Positions 8,774 to 17,665 of a DNA stretch of 64,000 nucleotides are shown one piece after another. Every line of letters starts with the position of its first letter. The stretch's first letter is position 1. The notes beneath the pieces are model-generated. The model searched no databases. It had not been told where the DNA came from and was given only the letters and a program-made list of their open reading frames with translations. This stretch comes from a bacterium (GTDB lineage Bacteria; Patescibacteriota; Minisyncoccia; Moranbacterales; UBA1568): positions 641,526 through 705,525 of the forward strand of contig JAKACP010000001.1 in NCBI GenBank assembly GCA_021821305.1. The letters are read 5' to 3'. The position numbers and the translations under genes are program-made.

Positions 8774-9934
8774 ATGCGTATCTCCTATTCCGCGCTCAGC
8801 ACCTATCAGACCTGTCCGCTCAAGTACAAGTACCAGAACGTGGACCATATCAAGGAGCCGAAATCCAAAGAGGCGGTATTCGGCACGCTCGTCCACTCGG
8901 TGATGCAGTACGTCCATTCCCCCGCCCTCATCCAGCCGTCGCTCGAGGACGCGCTCGATTTCTTCTCGCAGAACTGGAACGAGGAGGTCTGGGCGGACGA
9001 GCTCGAGGAGCGCGCGGCGTTCTCGCAGGGCGTGAAGATCATCCAGGACTACTACGCGAAAAACGATCCGGCGGATTTCACGATCGTCGACCTCGAGAGC
9101 CGATTCGCGATAGAGATCGGCGACGAGCGGACCGGCCAGCACATCATCGCCGGCGTGATCGACCGCATCGACAAGACGGCCGACGGGTACGAGATCATCG
9201 ACTACAAGACTTCCAAGAAAATGCCGTCGCAGGAGACGGTGGATACCAACCTCCAGCTCTCGATCTATCTCAAGGCCTTCCTCGCACGATACCCGAAGGA
9301 ACGCGCGAACCTCGACGATATCACCGTCTCGCTCTACTTCCTCAAACACGGCGCCAAGCTTTCCGCGAAACGGACCGAGGAACAGCTCGCCGAGCTCGAC
9401 CGGATCTTCCTCGACGTGATCGCCTCGATCGAAGCGGGCAAGTTCGATCCCGTGCTCTCGCCGCTGTGCGACTGGTGCGGATACCAGCGGATCTGCCCCC
9501 TGTGGAAACACAAATTCGCGGAGGAGCGGAAAATGGACTCCGCTGAGGCGCGGACCGTCATCGACGACTACATCGCCGCCAAGGAAGAGGCCGGAAGCGT
9601 GAAGCGCAGGCTCGCGGAACTCCAGGAACGCATATTCGCCTACATGGAATCCGAAGGCGTCGACCGGGTGTTCGGCGGCCGCGGTATCATCGGCAAATCG
9701 CTCCGCAAGACGTACAAATACGACGAGGCGAGACTGCGCGAGATCCTCGCGCCGATCGGCCGTCTCGACGATGTCATGAAGGTGGACGGCGTCGCGCTCA
9801 AGAAAGTCGCGGGCGAACTCCCCCTCGCCGTGAAGAAGGAGATCGAGGATGCCCGCGTCCTCGACAAGGAAAGCGTATCGCTCTCGGTCAAAAAAGGCTC
9901 CTTCTCCGAGGAGGACACCGATACCGAGGCATAA
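8774..9934 (+). CDS. PD-(D/E)XK nuclease (Cas4/RecB-family) with 4Fe-4S cysteine cluster and an extra ~140-aa helical C-terminal domain
   Basis: N-terminal Cys (LSTYQTCPLKYKY); catalytic D...D/E.K block (GVIDRID...IIDYKTSKK); QLSIYL (QxxxY); C-terminal CDWCGYQRICPLW tri-cysteine. No CRISPR array or cas genes nearby. Preceded by an extended -10 (tggtacaat, about 8707-8715). Confidence 0.75.
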   Translation: MRISYSALSTYQTCPLKYKYQNVDHIKEPKSKEAVFGTLVHSVMQYVHSPALIQPSLEDALDFFSQNWNEEVWADELEERAAFSQGVKIIQDYYAKNDPADFTIVDLESRFAIEIGDERTGQHIIAGVIDRIDKTADGYEIIDYKTSKKMPSQETVDTNLQLSIYLKAFLARYPKERANLDDITVSLYFLKHGAKLSAKRTEEQLAELDRIFLDVIASIEAGKFDPVLSPLCDWCGYQRICPLWKHKFAEERKMDSAEARTVIDDYIAAKEEAGSVKRRLAELQERIFAYMESEGVDRVFGGRGIIGKSLRKTYKYDEARLREILAPIGRLDDVMKVDGVALKKVAGELPLAVKKEIEDARVLDKESVSLSVKKGSFSEEDTDTEA

Positions 9935-9969
9935 AAAAACCGGAAGCGCATGTCGTGCCACTTCCGGAC

Positions 9970-10296
9970 TCAGAGCATCCCGATCTCAAAAAATCCCTCA
10001 TCGTCATCGCTATCGTCGAAGAGCTCGTACTTCGTCGTGACGGAACCGAAGATATTCCCGAGCCGATCGATGATCTGTCGTTCGTCCATATCGGCGGAAA
10101 AAGTACTGACCCCGCCGACCCTTTCGGAAACCGAAAAACCGCTCTTCTCCGAAAGGACGTAGAGGACGTCTTGCCTCAAGGCATAGAGCAGAGCCGCTCC
10201 CGGCGTCGATACGCAGACTGCGATATCGCATGTCCTTTTCGTTATCTTTTCGAGCGCGTTGCGCTTGTCGTCGGTCACGAGAATGTTCGCGGCCAT
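9970..10296 (-). CDS. hypothetical small acidic protein (108 aa)
   Basis: ATG start; convergent with the nuclease gene and upstream of the C39-like peptidase; acidic C-terminal tail (DDSDDDEGFFEIGML); no family recognised. Confidence 0.35.
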   Translation of the reverse strand: MAANILVTDDKRNALEKITKRTCDIAVCVSTPGAALLYALRQDVLYVLSEKSGFSVSERVGGVSTFSADMDERQIIDRLGNIFGSVTTKYELFDDSDDDEGFFEIGML

Positions 10297-10427
10297 GATA
10301 CTACCCTCCTTTCTCCGAAGATCGGATTTTCCCCTCGCTCGCGTGAAATGTCAAAGAACGGGCGAATCCCCGATAAGCCCATGATAGCACATCCGCTGGC
10401 TTCGTTCCCACATCCGCACTTCGCCGA

Positions 10428-11219
10428 TCAGCGGGAAATGACGATCGCCGATTTTCGGGCGGCCGATGTCCGCGGGAGGTGGTGTCCGGTCGGATAATCC
10501 GATATCGCGTCGAAGAGGACACCCTCGGCGTAGCGGAACGAGGCGCCGAGACGCGTGCCGGGATCGTTCGTCACGAATTCCCGGGTGTCGGCGTCATAGC
10601 CGATGATGACGAGCATGTGGTATATCGGTCCCGGCGGAGTATAGTGCGGATTGCCGAGTTCGCGGCCGTCGAACGGAGCGACGACGATATTCCCTTCGCG
10701 GATGGCGTCGCGGAGATCGTCGAGCGTCAGATCATGAAGCACGGATATGTTGTCCGACTTGAAGTATTCCCGGTACAGCGCCGCCGTGTCATCGGCCGAC
10801 GTGTCATACGCCTCCTCGCCGAAACGTTTCTCGGCGAGCGCGGAGATCGTTCGGATCTCCTGCTCGATTTCCGCTTTCGGCGGAAGCGTCGTCTCGGACG
10901 CCGCCCAGGCCGCCGCCATGATGAGCGAAGACTCCTCGCAGGCGTTCTGGAACACGGGGTCGCTCCACTGCGCGCTCGGTGCCTGCGGCGTGAACGGGAC
11001 GGTCTGGATGAGGGTCTCCGGGAGTTCCGCGTCCGACGGAATCGAAGCGGTTTTATCCGCTTCGGGCACCCGTGCCGGAAACGGCCCGACAGGATGGACT
11101 TCGGGTTCTCCCGTTTCAGAGTCCGAACGGCTCCCCCACTCGCCCGGGAAAAGGCCCGTCCAGGCCAAGACGCCTCCGAGCACCAGAACGGCGAATACGA
11201 TGGAAACGAGGTATTTCAT
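10428..11219 (-). CDS. secreted/membrane-anchored peptidase C39-like (papain-fold, Peptidase_C39_2/BtrH-like) domain protein
   Basis: N-terminal TM/signal; PQAPSAQWSDPVFQNACEESSLIMAAAW (Q/C catalytic region) and YHMLVIIGYDADTREFVTNDPG (His region), matching the C39_2 pattern. Confidence 0.6.
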   Translation of the reverse strand: MKYLVSIVFAVLVLGGVLAWTGLFPGEWGSRSDSETGEPEVHPVGPFPARVPEADKTASIPSDAELPETLIQTVPFTPQAPSAQWSDPVFQNACEESSLIMAAAWAASETTLPPKAEIEQEIRTISALAEKRFGEEAYDTSADDTAALYREYFKSDNISVLHDLTLDDLRDAIREGNIVVAPFDGRELGNPHYTPPGPIYHMLVIIGYDADTREFVTNDPGTRLGASFRYAEGVLFDAISDYPTGHHLPRTSAARKSAIVISR

Positions 11220-11377
11220 AGCGCGTCATTTTAGCATCAAAATGGACTGCTGTCACGGATCCTTGATTTCCCCCTGAATCTGTAATACAATCCTCGATGA
11301 GGATTTTTTCCTTGTTTTTGTTCTTTATTTTCTCCGTTAACTGTTCATTGTTGACTCGTAACTGAAATTGGGGAGTA

Positions 11378-11449
11378 GCCAAGCGGTAAGGCAGTGGGTT
11401 CTGGTCCCACGATGCGAAGGTTCGATCCCTTCCTCCCCAGCATTGACAA
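11378..11449 (+). tRNA. tRNA-Gln (anticodon CTG)
   Basis: Hand-folded cloverleaf: acceptor tggggag/ctcccca; D-arm with GG; anticodon stem gtggg/cccac with loop ttCTGgt; variable loop gatgc; T-arm gaagg-ttcgatc-ccttc; discriminator g. CCA is not encoded. Confidence 0.8.
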
Positions 11450-11503
11450 ATAACTCTATCCGTGGTTATTTATATTGGTTTGTTCTTTTTTCAGGAGGCT
11501 GCG

Positions 11504-11770
11504 ATGTTCAAGAGTATTTGTTCTTTTTTCAGCAAACGCCAAGCAAGAAGGCATGAAACGATCCTGCGGGCTCTGGAGGGTCAAGAGCTGAGCGGCGATC
11601 AGATCCATAAAAAAACAGGCATCTGGGCCGGACGTCTGTACCCCGACTTGCTCGATCTGGAGGAAAAAGGTGTCATCTCCTCCCGATGGAAGGAGCCGCT
11701 CTACCCGCTCCTCCCCGGCAAGCCGCGAAGAAGATTGTACAAGATCGTCGATACTCCCACGCGACATTGA
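11504..11770 (+). CDS. PadR-family winged-helix transcriptional regulator (88 aa)
   Basis: ILRALEGQELSGDQIHKKTGIWAGRLYPDLLDLEEKGVISSRWKE...PRRRLYKI matches the PadR signature. ATG at 11504 has a strong SD (aggagg, 5-nt spacer); the track start at 11462 is upstream of the SD. Confidence 0.6.
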   Translation: MFKSICSFFSKRQARRHETILRALEGQELSGDQIHKKTGIWAGRLYPDLLDLEEKGVISSRWKEPLYPLLPGKPRRRLYKIVDTPTRH

Positions 11771-11796
11771 AACTTCACACCACTTTGAAGATCGTA

Positions 11797-11828
11797 AGCG
11801 GTTTCCACGGAAGCCGCTTTTTATTTTC
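11797..11828 (+). terminator. Rho-independent terminator after the PadR gene; may act bidirectionally
   Basis: gcggtttcc-acg-gaagccgc stem followed by tttttatttt. Confidence 0.55.
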
Positions 11829-11850
11829 CCCCTGACTTCGCACGGCAGGA

Positions 11851-13122
11851 TCAGTGCCCGGCGGCGGAGGTTCCGGCGACGAAGCCGGTAGTCCAGCAGA
11901 GCTGAAGGCTATATCCGCCGGAAGGACGATCGATGTTGAGGATATCTCCGACGAGGTACAGGTTCGGATAGAGCCGCGACCGCATGTCCTTGAAGTCCAC
12001 TTCCGGAAGTGCGATTCCCCCGCTCGTCACGATCGCCTTGTCCTCGCCGAGGAGCCCCTCCACGGTCATGGGGAGATCTTTCAAGAGGCGTGCGAGCCCG
12101 AGGCGCTGTTCCCGGGTGACGCTGTGCACCGGCGTATCGGGATCGATGCCCGCGAGCCGCAAAGACACGGGAACGAGGAGCGGTACGATGATCCCCTCCA
12201 GACTGTTCTTTACCTGTCGGTTCTTCTGCAGAGCGAACGCCGCCAGTATCCGTTTGTCTATTTCACCGATATCCGACTGTGGGAAAAGGTCGACCGAAAC
12301 GGCCACCGGTCCCCCATGCAGCAGCTCGCCGATATTCCGACTCATGTTGAGCGCCAGGGGCCCGCTCAGCCCGAAGTGCGTGAAGAGGAGCTTCCCCCGC
12401 CGCGGCGGGCAAGCTCTCCTACCATCATGATTTTTCCCGTTCTGAAAGACCGAGAGTTTGGCGTCCGGAAAGCTCGCCCCCGAAAGCTCGTGCACCCACG
12501 CTTCGCGCACGCGGATCGGCACGAGCGACGCACGCGGCGTGACGATCGTATGACCGATCGCCTCGAGCCACCGGAACCCGTCACCGGTCGATCCGGTCTC
12601 CGGATGGGACTTGCCCCCGGTCGCGAGCACGTACGAACGCGCCCGCAGGATCTCCCCGTCCGTGAGGCGCACGCCGGCGACCGTTCCGTCCGAAACGTCC
12701 AGCCCGGCCACCTCCGCGCCGGACAACACGGTCACGCCGCCTTGGTCCATGTACCGCACGAGCGCGTCGAAGACGGATTGTGATCGGTCGCTCGCGGGAA
12801 ACACCCGTTTCTCGGCTTCGACCTTCGTCGGCATACCGAGCCCATGGAAGAAATCGATGGCGTCCTGCACGCCGAATCTCGAAAGCGGAGAGAAGAGGAA
12901 CTTCGCGGCATCGCCGAACTTCCGGAGGAAGATATTCCGGTCGAATTCCGCATTCGTTATGTTGGATCGGCCGCCGCCGGTGATGAGAAGCTTCTCGCCG
13001 AGAGAATCGTTCTTCTCGAGCAAGAGGACGCGCGCGCCGCACTCCGCCGCACGGCCGGCCGCCATCATGCCCGCGGGCCCTCCTCCGATTATCACCACGT
13101 CGTATTTCGTCGCTTGCGTCAT
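11851..13122 (-). CDS. FAD-dependent oxidoreductase, HI0933/YhiN (BaiN-like aminoacetone-oxidase family) flavoprotein
   Basis: KYDVVIIGGGPAGMMAAGRAAECGARVLLLEK dinucleotide-binding motif; ITGGGRSNITN; HFGLSGP. ATG at 13122 (MTQATKY...); the track start at 13158 is an upstream extension. Confidence 0.75.
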   Translation of the reverse strand: MTQATKYDVVIIGGGPAGMMAAGRAAECGARVLLLEKNDSLGEKLLITGGGRSNITNAEFDRNIFLRKFGDAAKFLFSPLSRFGVQDAIDFFHGLGMPTKVEAEKRVFPASDRSQSVFDALVRYMDQGGVTVLSGAEVAGLDVSDGTVAGVRLTDGEILRARSYVLATGGKSHPETGSTGDGFRWLEAIGHTIVTPRASLVPIRVREAWVHELSGASFPDAKLSVFQNGKNHDGRRACPPRRGKLLFTHFGLSGPLALNMSRNIGELLHGGPVAVSVDLFPQSDIGEIDKRILAAFALQKNRQVKNSLEGIIVPLLVPVSLRLAGIDPDTPVHSVTREQRLGLARLLKDLPMTVEGLLGEDKAIVTSGGIALPEVDFKDMRSRLYPNLYLVGDILNIDRPSGGYSLQLCWTTGFVAGTSAAGH

Positions 13123-13203
13123 ATGAAGGTATGAGATGAGAGCATGGGGTAATAACATGCTATAATGCGGAAAAAGTCAATTCTCATTCGTAAAAAAATC
13201 CAT

Positions 13204-13401
13204 ATGGACCAGGAGCTCGCGCAGAAACTCGAGGCACAGGATCGGAAGCTCGACGCGATATACGCGTCGGCCGAAAAGACGCGGAAATATTTCCTCTGGA
13301 CGCTCGTCGCCACGACCGTCATGTTCGTCCTCCCGCTCCTCGGTCTCATGATCGCTATCCCGTGGCTCTTCTCGACGCTCTCCGCGGCGTATCAGATCTA
13401 G
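13204..13401 (+). CDS. hypothetical small membrane protein (65 aa)
   Basis: Extended -10 tgctataat at 13158-13166 overlaps the track start at 13165, so the ATG at 13204 (MDQELAQK...) is the more likely start. One C-terminal TM helix. Confidence 0.3.
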   Translation: MDQELAQKLEAQDRKLDAIYASAEKTRKYFLWTLVATTVMFVLPLLGLMIAIPWLFSTLSAAYQI

Positions 13402-13423
13402 CCGCTCGTTCTTGGAACAGGGA

Positions 13424-13645
13424 TCAAACGATGACTTCCACCCGCTTGATACGGGAGGAGGCTCCGGAGACGATCGAGACGCACGACGGCGCGACATGGA
13501 AGTGCTTGGCGAGCGCCCGGAGCGTCGCCTCGTTGGCCTTGCCCTCCGAAGCCTGGGCTTTCACGGACACGAGCAAGGACCCGTCGAGCAACCGTTCGAC
13601 GCCTTCCTTCTTCGAGTTCGGCTTCACCTTGATGGAAACTCTCAT
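13424..13645 (-). CDS. DUF167 (YggU-like) family protein, 73 aa
   Basis: MRVSIKVKPNSKKEGVERLLDGSLLVSVKAQASEGKANEATLRALAKHFHV...IVSGASSRIKRVEV matches the DUF167 pattern. The start codon overlaps the ATPase stop (ATGA). Confidence 0.6.
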   Translation of the reverse strand: MRVSIKVKPNSKKEGVERLLDGSLLVSVKAQASEGKANEATLRALAKHFHVAPSCVSIVSGASSRIKRVEVIV

Positions 13646-16344
13646 ATCCTGATCTTGAACGAGCGATAGGTCAATTTGCGCAGTTCCTCGACGACCACGA
13701 TCGAGGAGGCGACGACCGCGATCATCCCCCAGTCGCGGAGCGCGAGCGGTGCGGTGCGGAGTATCTCCTGCATGAAGGGATGATATACCGCGAAGAGTTG
13801 GAGCGTGACGATGAGCGCGAGCGCCCCGAGGAGATACCGGTTGGAGAAAAGCGGCATGCGGAAGATGGAAACGTCCTCGCTGCGGCAGTTCCAGACGTTG
13901 AACCAGTGGAATACCGCAAGGGCGGTCAGCGATACCGTCCACGCCTTCTCGATCCCGCCGGGAAGGGCCTGGGAAAAGAGCCAGAGCGTCCCGAGCGCCA
14001 TCGGGAGCGCCATCACGGCCATGCGGATGACCGAATGCCGGTCGATGAGCGCGCGTCGGAACATCCGGCCCCTCCCCTCCCCTTCGAGGAGCCCGCGTTC
14101 CTTGGGTTCCATCGCGAGCGAGACATCAAGGAATCCATCGGCGACGAGATTGAGCCAGAGTATCTGCACCGCGAGGAGCGGCAAAGGGTACCCGAGGAGT
14201 ATCGCGAGCGTGATCGTCACGAGCTCGGCGACGTTGGTGGAAAACAGGAACAGCACGACCTTGCGGATCGCCCGATAGATGCTCCGCCCCTCCTCCATCG
14301 CCTTGAGGATATGTTCGAACCGGTCGTCGAGGAGAATCATGTCCGAGGCCTCCTTGGCCACATCGGTACCGATGCGCCCCATCGCCACACCGACATCGGC
14401 GGCGACGAGCGAGGGAGCGTCGTTGACCCCGTCGCCGGTCATGGCTATGACATCGCCGCGCTTCCGATACGCCTCCACGATTCGGAGCTTGTGCTCGGGA
14501 GTCACCCGCGCGAAGACGGATACACGACCGAGCCGCGAGACGATATCGTCCTCATCCATCCGCTCCACGTCCTCCCCGCTCAGGACATCGTCTCCGCTCC
14601 GGAAGATACCCGCCTCCCGCGCGATCGAGATCGCCGTCTCGCGGTTGTCGCCGGTGATCATCACGAGGTGCACCCCGGCACCGCGGACCGAAGACACCGC
14701 CTCGCGCACCCCGACGCGGAGCGCGTCTTTCATCGAGAAGAATCCGGCGAACACCATGTCCTCGGCGTCCTCTATCAGGATCGTCTCATGGTTCCCCTCC
14801 CGGAACGCCGCCGCGACGACACGCGACCCCGTTCTCGAAAGCGCCACGTACTCGTGTTCGAACCGTTTCCGTGCCTCGTCCGTGAGAGGCAGTGTCTCCC
14901 CGTCCCGGCGGAAATATCGCGACCGGGCGAGCACCGCTTCCGGCGCGCCGGTCATCGACATGAACCGGTCACCGTCGGAACCGTGAAGCGACACATGTAT
15001 CTTGGTCCGATAGTCGAACGGGATCTCCGCGATGCGCGGCAGTTCAGTCGCGATACGTTCCCTCGAAAAACCGACCTTCCGCGCGAAGACGAGCATCGCG
15101 CCTTCCGTCGGGTCGCCGCTGATGCGCCATTCGGAGGACGACTCGTCATAGACGAGGTTGGCTCCGGATGACAGGGCCGCGATCTTGCCGAGAAGAAGGA
15201 GTTCGGAGTGGTTCGCCGGATCGATTGTCCTGCCATCCTGTCGGATACCGCCTTCCGGGACGTATCCCGATCCGTCGATGTCGAATACCGTCCCCGGCAG
15301 GCAGACCTTCTCGATGATGATCTTGTTGCCGGTGATCGTGCCGGTCTTGTCGACCGCGAGCACCGTGATGCCCCCGAGCGCCTCCACGGCCTGCAGACGC
15401 TTCACGAGGACCTGGTGCCGGCTCATGCGCCACATACCGGTCGCGAGCACGATGGTGAGGACTATGGGAAGCCCCTCCGGGACGACGGCGACCGACAGCG
15501 AGACGACCGTGGCGAACATCTCCCCGACCGGCTTGCCCATGGACACGCCGAGGACGAAGATGAGCGCGCAGAAGATCGGCACGATGAGCGCGACCCCTCG
15601 TGCGAGCGACTTCACCTCCCGCTGGAGCGGTATCTCGGTATCGATCTCGGCGATCCGACCCGAAATGAGCCCGATCTCCGTCCGTTCCCCGGTCGCGACG
15701 ACGACCGCTTCCCCGCTTCCGCTCGCGACATGCGTCCCCCGGAACACCATATCGGACATATCCGATACGGAAATGCCGGCCTCGGCCAGCGTCTCGGCGT
15801 TCTTGTGCGTGGGCGCGGATTCGCCCGTCAGCGATGACTGCTCGACCCGGAGATTCCTCGCGGCGATGATCCGGGCGTCGGCGGGGACCTTCTCCCCCTC
15901 GTGGAGGAATATCACGTCCCCGGGAACGATATCCTCGTCGGAGAGGATCATCTCCCTGCCGCCGCGGAGCACCGTCGCCGTCCCGGTCGTGAACCGCTTG
16001 AGCGCCTGGAGCGTGTTCTTCGCACGGCCCTCCTGTATCGTTCCGACGACGGCGTTGAACACGAGTATGAAGAGGATGATGAACCCGTCGACGTGGTCCC
16101 CGCGGAAAAAGACGATGACGCTCGCGAGAAGGAGGATCGCTATGAGCGGACTCAGGAACTGCCGGAGAAAGAGGATGAAAACGCTCTCCGGAGGGTTCTC
16201 CGGGAGCCGATTCGGGCCGAACCGCTCCATAAGCAGGGCGGCCTCTTCCTGTGACAGTCCGTCCTCCCTCGTGTCGAGGATCCGGAACACCTCCGGAAGC
16301 GGCTTCGCATACCACGATATCTTTTCCGGATCGCTCATCCCCAT
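13642..16344 (-). CDS. cation-transporting P-type ATPase (type II, Ca2+/Mg2+-like)
   Basis: AVDKTGTITGNK phosphorylation motif, TGES, MITGDNRETA, GDGVNDAPSL hinge, 10 TM helices. Confidence 0.9.
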   Translation of the reverse strand: MGMSDPEKISWYAKPLPEVFRILDTREDGLSQEEAALLMERFGPNRLPENPPESVFILFLRQFLSPLIAILLLASVIVFFRGDHVDGFIILFILVFNAVVGTIQEGRAKNTLQALKRFTTGTATVLRGGREMILSDEDIVPGDVIFLHEGEKVPADARIIAARNLRVEQSSLTGESAPTHKNAETLAEAGISVSDMSDMVFRGTHVASGSGEAVVVATGERTEIGLISGRIAEIDTEIPLQREVKSLARGVALIVPIFCALIFVLGVSMGKPVGEMFATVVSLSVAVVPEGLPIVLTIVLATGMWRMSRHQVLVKRLQAVEALGGITVLAVDKTGTITGNKIIIEKVCLPGTVFDIDGSGYVPEGGIRQDGRTIDPANHSELLLLGKIAALSSGANLVYDESSSEWRISGDPTEGAMLVFARKVGFSRERIATELPRIAEIPFDYRTKIHVSLHGSDGDRFMSMTGAPEAVLARSRYFRRDGETLPLTDEARKRFEHEYVALSRTGSRVVAAAFREGNHETILIEDAEDMVFAGFFSMKDALRVGVREAVSSVRGAGVHLVMITGDNRETAISIAREAGIFRSGDDVLSGEDVERMDEDDIVSRLGRVSVFARVTPEHKLRIVEAYRKRGDVIAMTGDGVNDAPSLVAADVGVAMGRIGTDVAKEASDMILLDDRFEHILKAMEEGRSIYRAIRKVVLFLFSTNVAELVTITLAILLGYPLPLLAVQILWLNLVADGFLDVSLAMEPKERGLLEGEGRGRMFRRALIDRHSVIRMAVMALPMALGTLWLFSQALPGGIEKAWTVSLTALAVFHWFNVWNCRSEDVSIFRMPLFSNRYLLGALALIVTLQLFAVYHPFMQEILRTAPLALRDWGMIAVVASSIVVVEELRKLTYRSFKIRI

Positions 16345-16410
16345 ATTCGTGCCGTGATGTCGTTTTTGTTTATTGCCGAACGTAGTGCCGGTAAATCTGA
16401 CACATACCGG

Positions 16411-17613
16411 TTATTTTTTCCCGGAAAGGATCTCGTCCATCACATCCTCGTCGTCGCACTCATATCGGTTGTCCGGCGTATAGTACCGCTGTGCGGGACC
16501 GTAGCACCCGTCGTTGTCCACGTGGAGCCGCGCGAGATACGGGAGGAGGAACCCCATGTCCTGACCCGTGAAATATGAGTGGAGCCGGCGAAGGGTCGCC
16601 GCCCGGGTCTTCTCGTCCATTCTCGTGAAGATGCTCATGTCGTCGCCGATCTTGCCGCTCCAGTCGAGATGGAGGAACACGTTGCGCGCGTTCTTCGCAA
16701 ACCGATCATGCCAGAGAAGCCCCCAGCACCAGTCCCCCTCCTGTTTCCACCATCGGGAGAAACACGGACCGTTCTCGATATTGCCGCCCGGGTCGATACC
16801 GACCCCGCCTTCGATGAAATCGAACAGCCGCAGGTACTTCGGATCCGAGATATCGTTCGTCTGCGCGCCGATGAAGATCTCCATGCCGCGGATTGCCGCA
16901 TACTGCCGCATCTCGGCGATGATCTCCGGGACGACGGTCTCGGAGAGGTCGTTCGCATCCTGCAGGTAGATCTGCCCGAAAAGGAACACCTGGATATCGC
17001 GGTCCATGGCGGACCGGGTGATGAACCGAAGATACTTGCGGTACTCCTCCTTGGTGAAGCTCGGCTTGCAGGTGTGTTCTCCCCAGAAATTCTTTGATCC
17101 GTCCCGGCACATGTCGCCGAAATCGAAATGTCGATCCTCATCGGGATAGCGGTAGTTGCGCTTGGTGGCTATGGCTTCCGCGATGAACATGCCGGAGAGG
17201 AACCCTTCGCGGAGCTTCGCGCGGTTCGCGTCGATGTCTTCCCAGTTCGGCGGCTCGAGCCACGTCTCGATCGCGCGGGAAAGGTAGTAGCACTTGGACC
17301 GGTTCACGAGGTCGATCGTCTTTCCGTCCTTGGGGAAATCCCCGTTGAGGAGTCCGTCGGCGACGCATCCTTCGCGTTTCATCCGCTCCATGGACGGAGG
17401 CGGAGGAGGCGGAGGAAGCGGTTCCTTCTCCGGGACCGATTCCGCTATCGGAGCGGGAGCCTCGATCACCATAGGTTCGGGCGCCGGGACGGTTTCGGGA
17501 CTCTCCGCCTCATCGGAAAAGAAGACAAGAAACACGGAAAGTGCTCCCGTCGGAATGAAAACGAAAAAGGCGATCGGAATCTTTTTTCGAAAAAATTCGC
17601 TCATATCGCCCAT
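16411..17613 (-). CDS. hypothetical membrane-anchored extracytoplasmic protein with poly-Pro linker
   Basis: N-terminal TM, PPPPPPP linker, Cys/Trp-rich globular domain. No confident family; possibly TIM-barrel hydrolase-like. Confidence 0.5.
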   Translation of the reverse strand: MGDMSEFFRKKIPIAFFVFIPTGALSVFLVFFSDEAESPETVPAPEPMVIEAPAPIAESVPEKEPLPPPPPPPSMERMKREGCVADGLLNGDFPKDGKTIDLVNRSKCYYLSRAIETWLEPPNWEDIDANRAKLREGFLSGMFIAEAIATKRNYRYPDEDRHFDFGDMCRDGSKNFWGEHTCKPSFTKEEYRKYLRFITRSAMDRDIQVFLFGQIYLQDANDLSETVVPEIIAEMRQYAAIRGMEIFIGAQTNDISDPKYLRLFDFIEGGVGIDPGGNIENGPCFSRWWKQEGDWCWGLLWHDRFAKNARNVFLHLDWSGKIGDDMSIFTRMDEKTRAATLRRLHSYFTGQDMGFLLPYLARLHVDNDGCYGPAQRYYTPDNRYECDDEDVMDEILSGKK

Positions 17614-17640
17614 TGTAGCAGAAAAGCAACCCTCTGACTC
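17608..17640 (-). terminator. Rho-independent terminator after the DedA gene
   Basis: agcaaccctc-tgactc-gagggttgct hairpin; on the minus strand it is followed by uuuuc. Confidence 0.5.
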
Positions 17641-17665
17641 GAGGGTTGCTGTTCGAATGCCTTTT

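Noticed and set aside
11220-11460. Integrase or attachment-site repeat at the tRNA-Gln boundary
   Set aside because: There is no integrase or recombinase ORF on either side, and no direct repeat of the tRNA 3' end was found within the window. Only a TIR-like 12-mer upstream of the tRNA was seen, and it is reported as a finding.
11368-11556. 62-aa ORF overlapping tRNA-Gln
   Set aside because: It overlaps a well-folded tRNA and the AGGAGG-led PadR start, so it is spurious.
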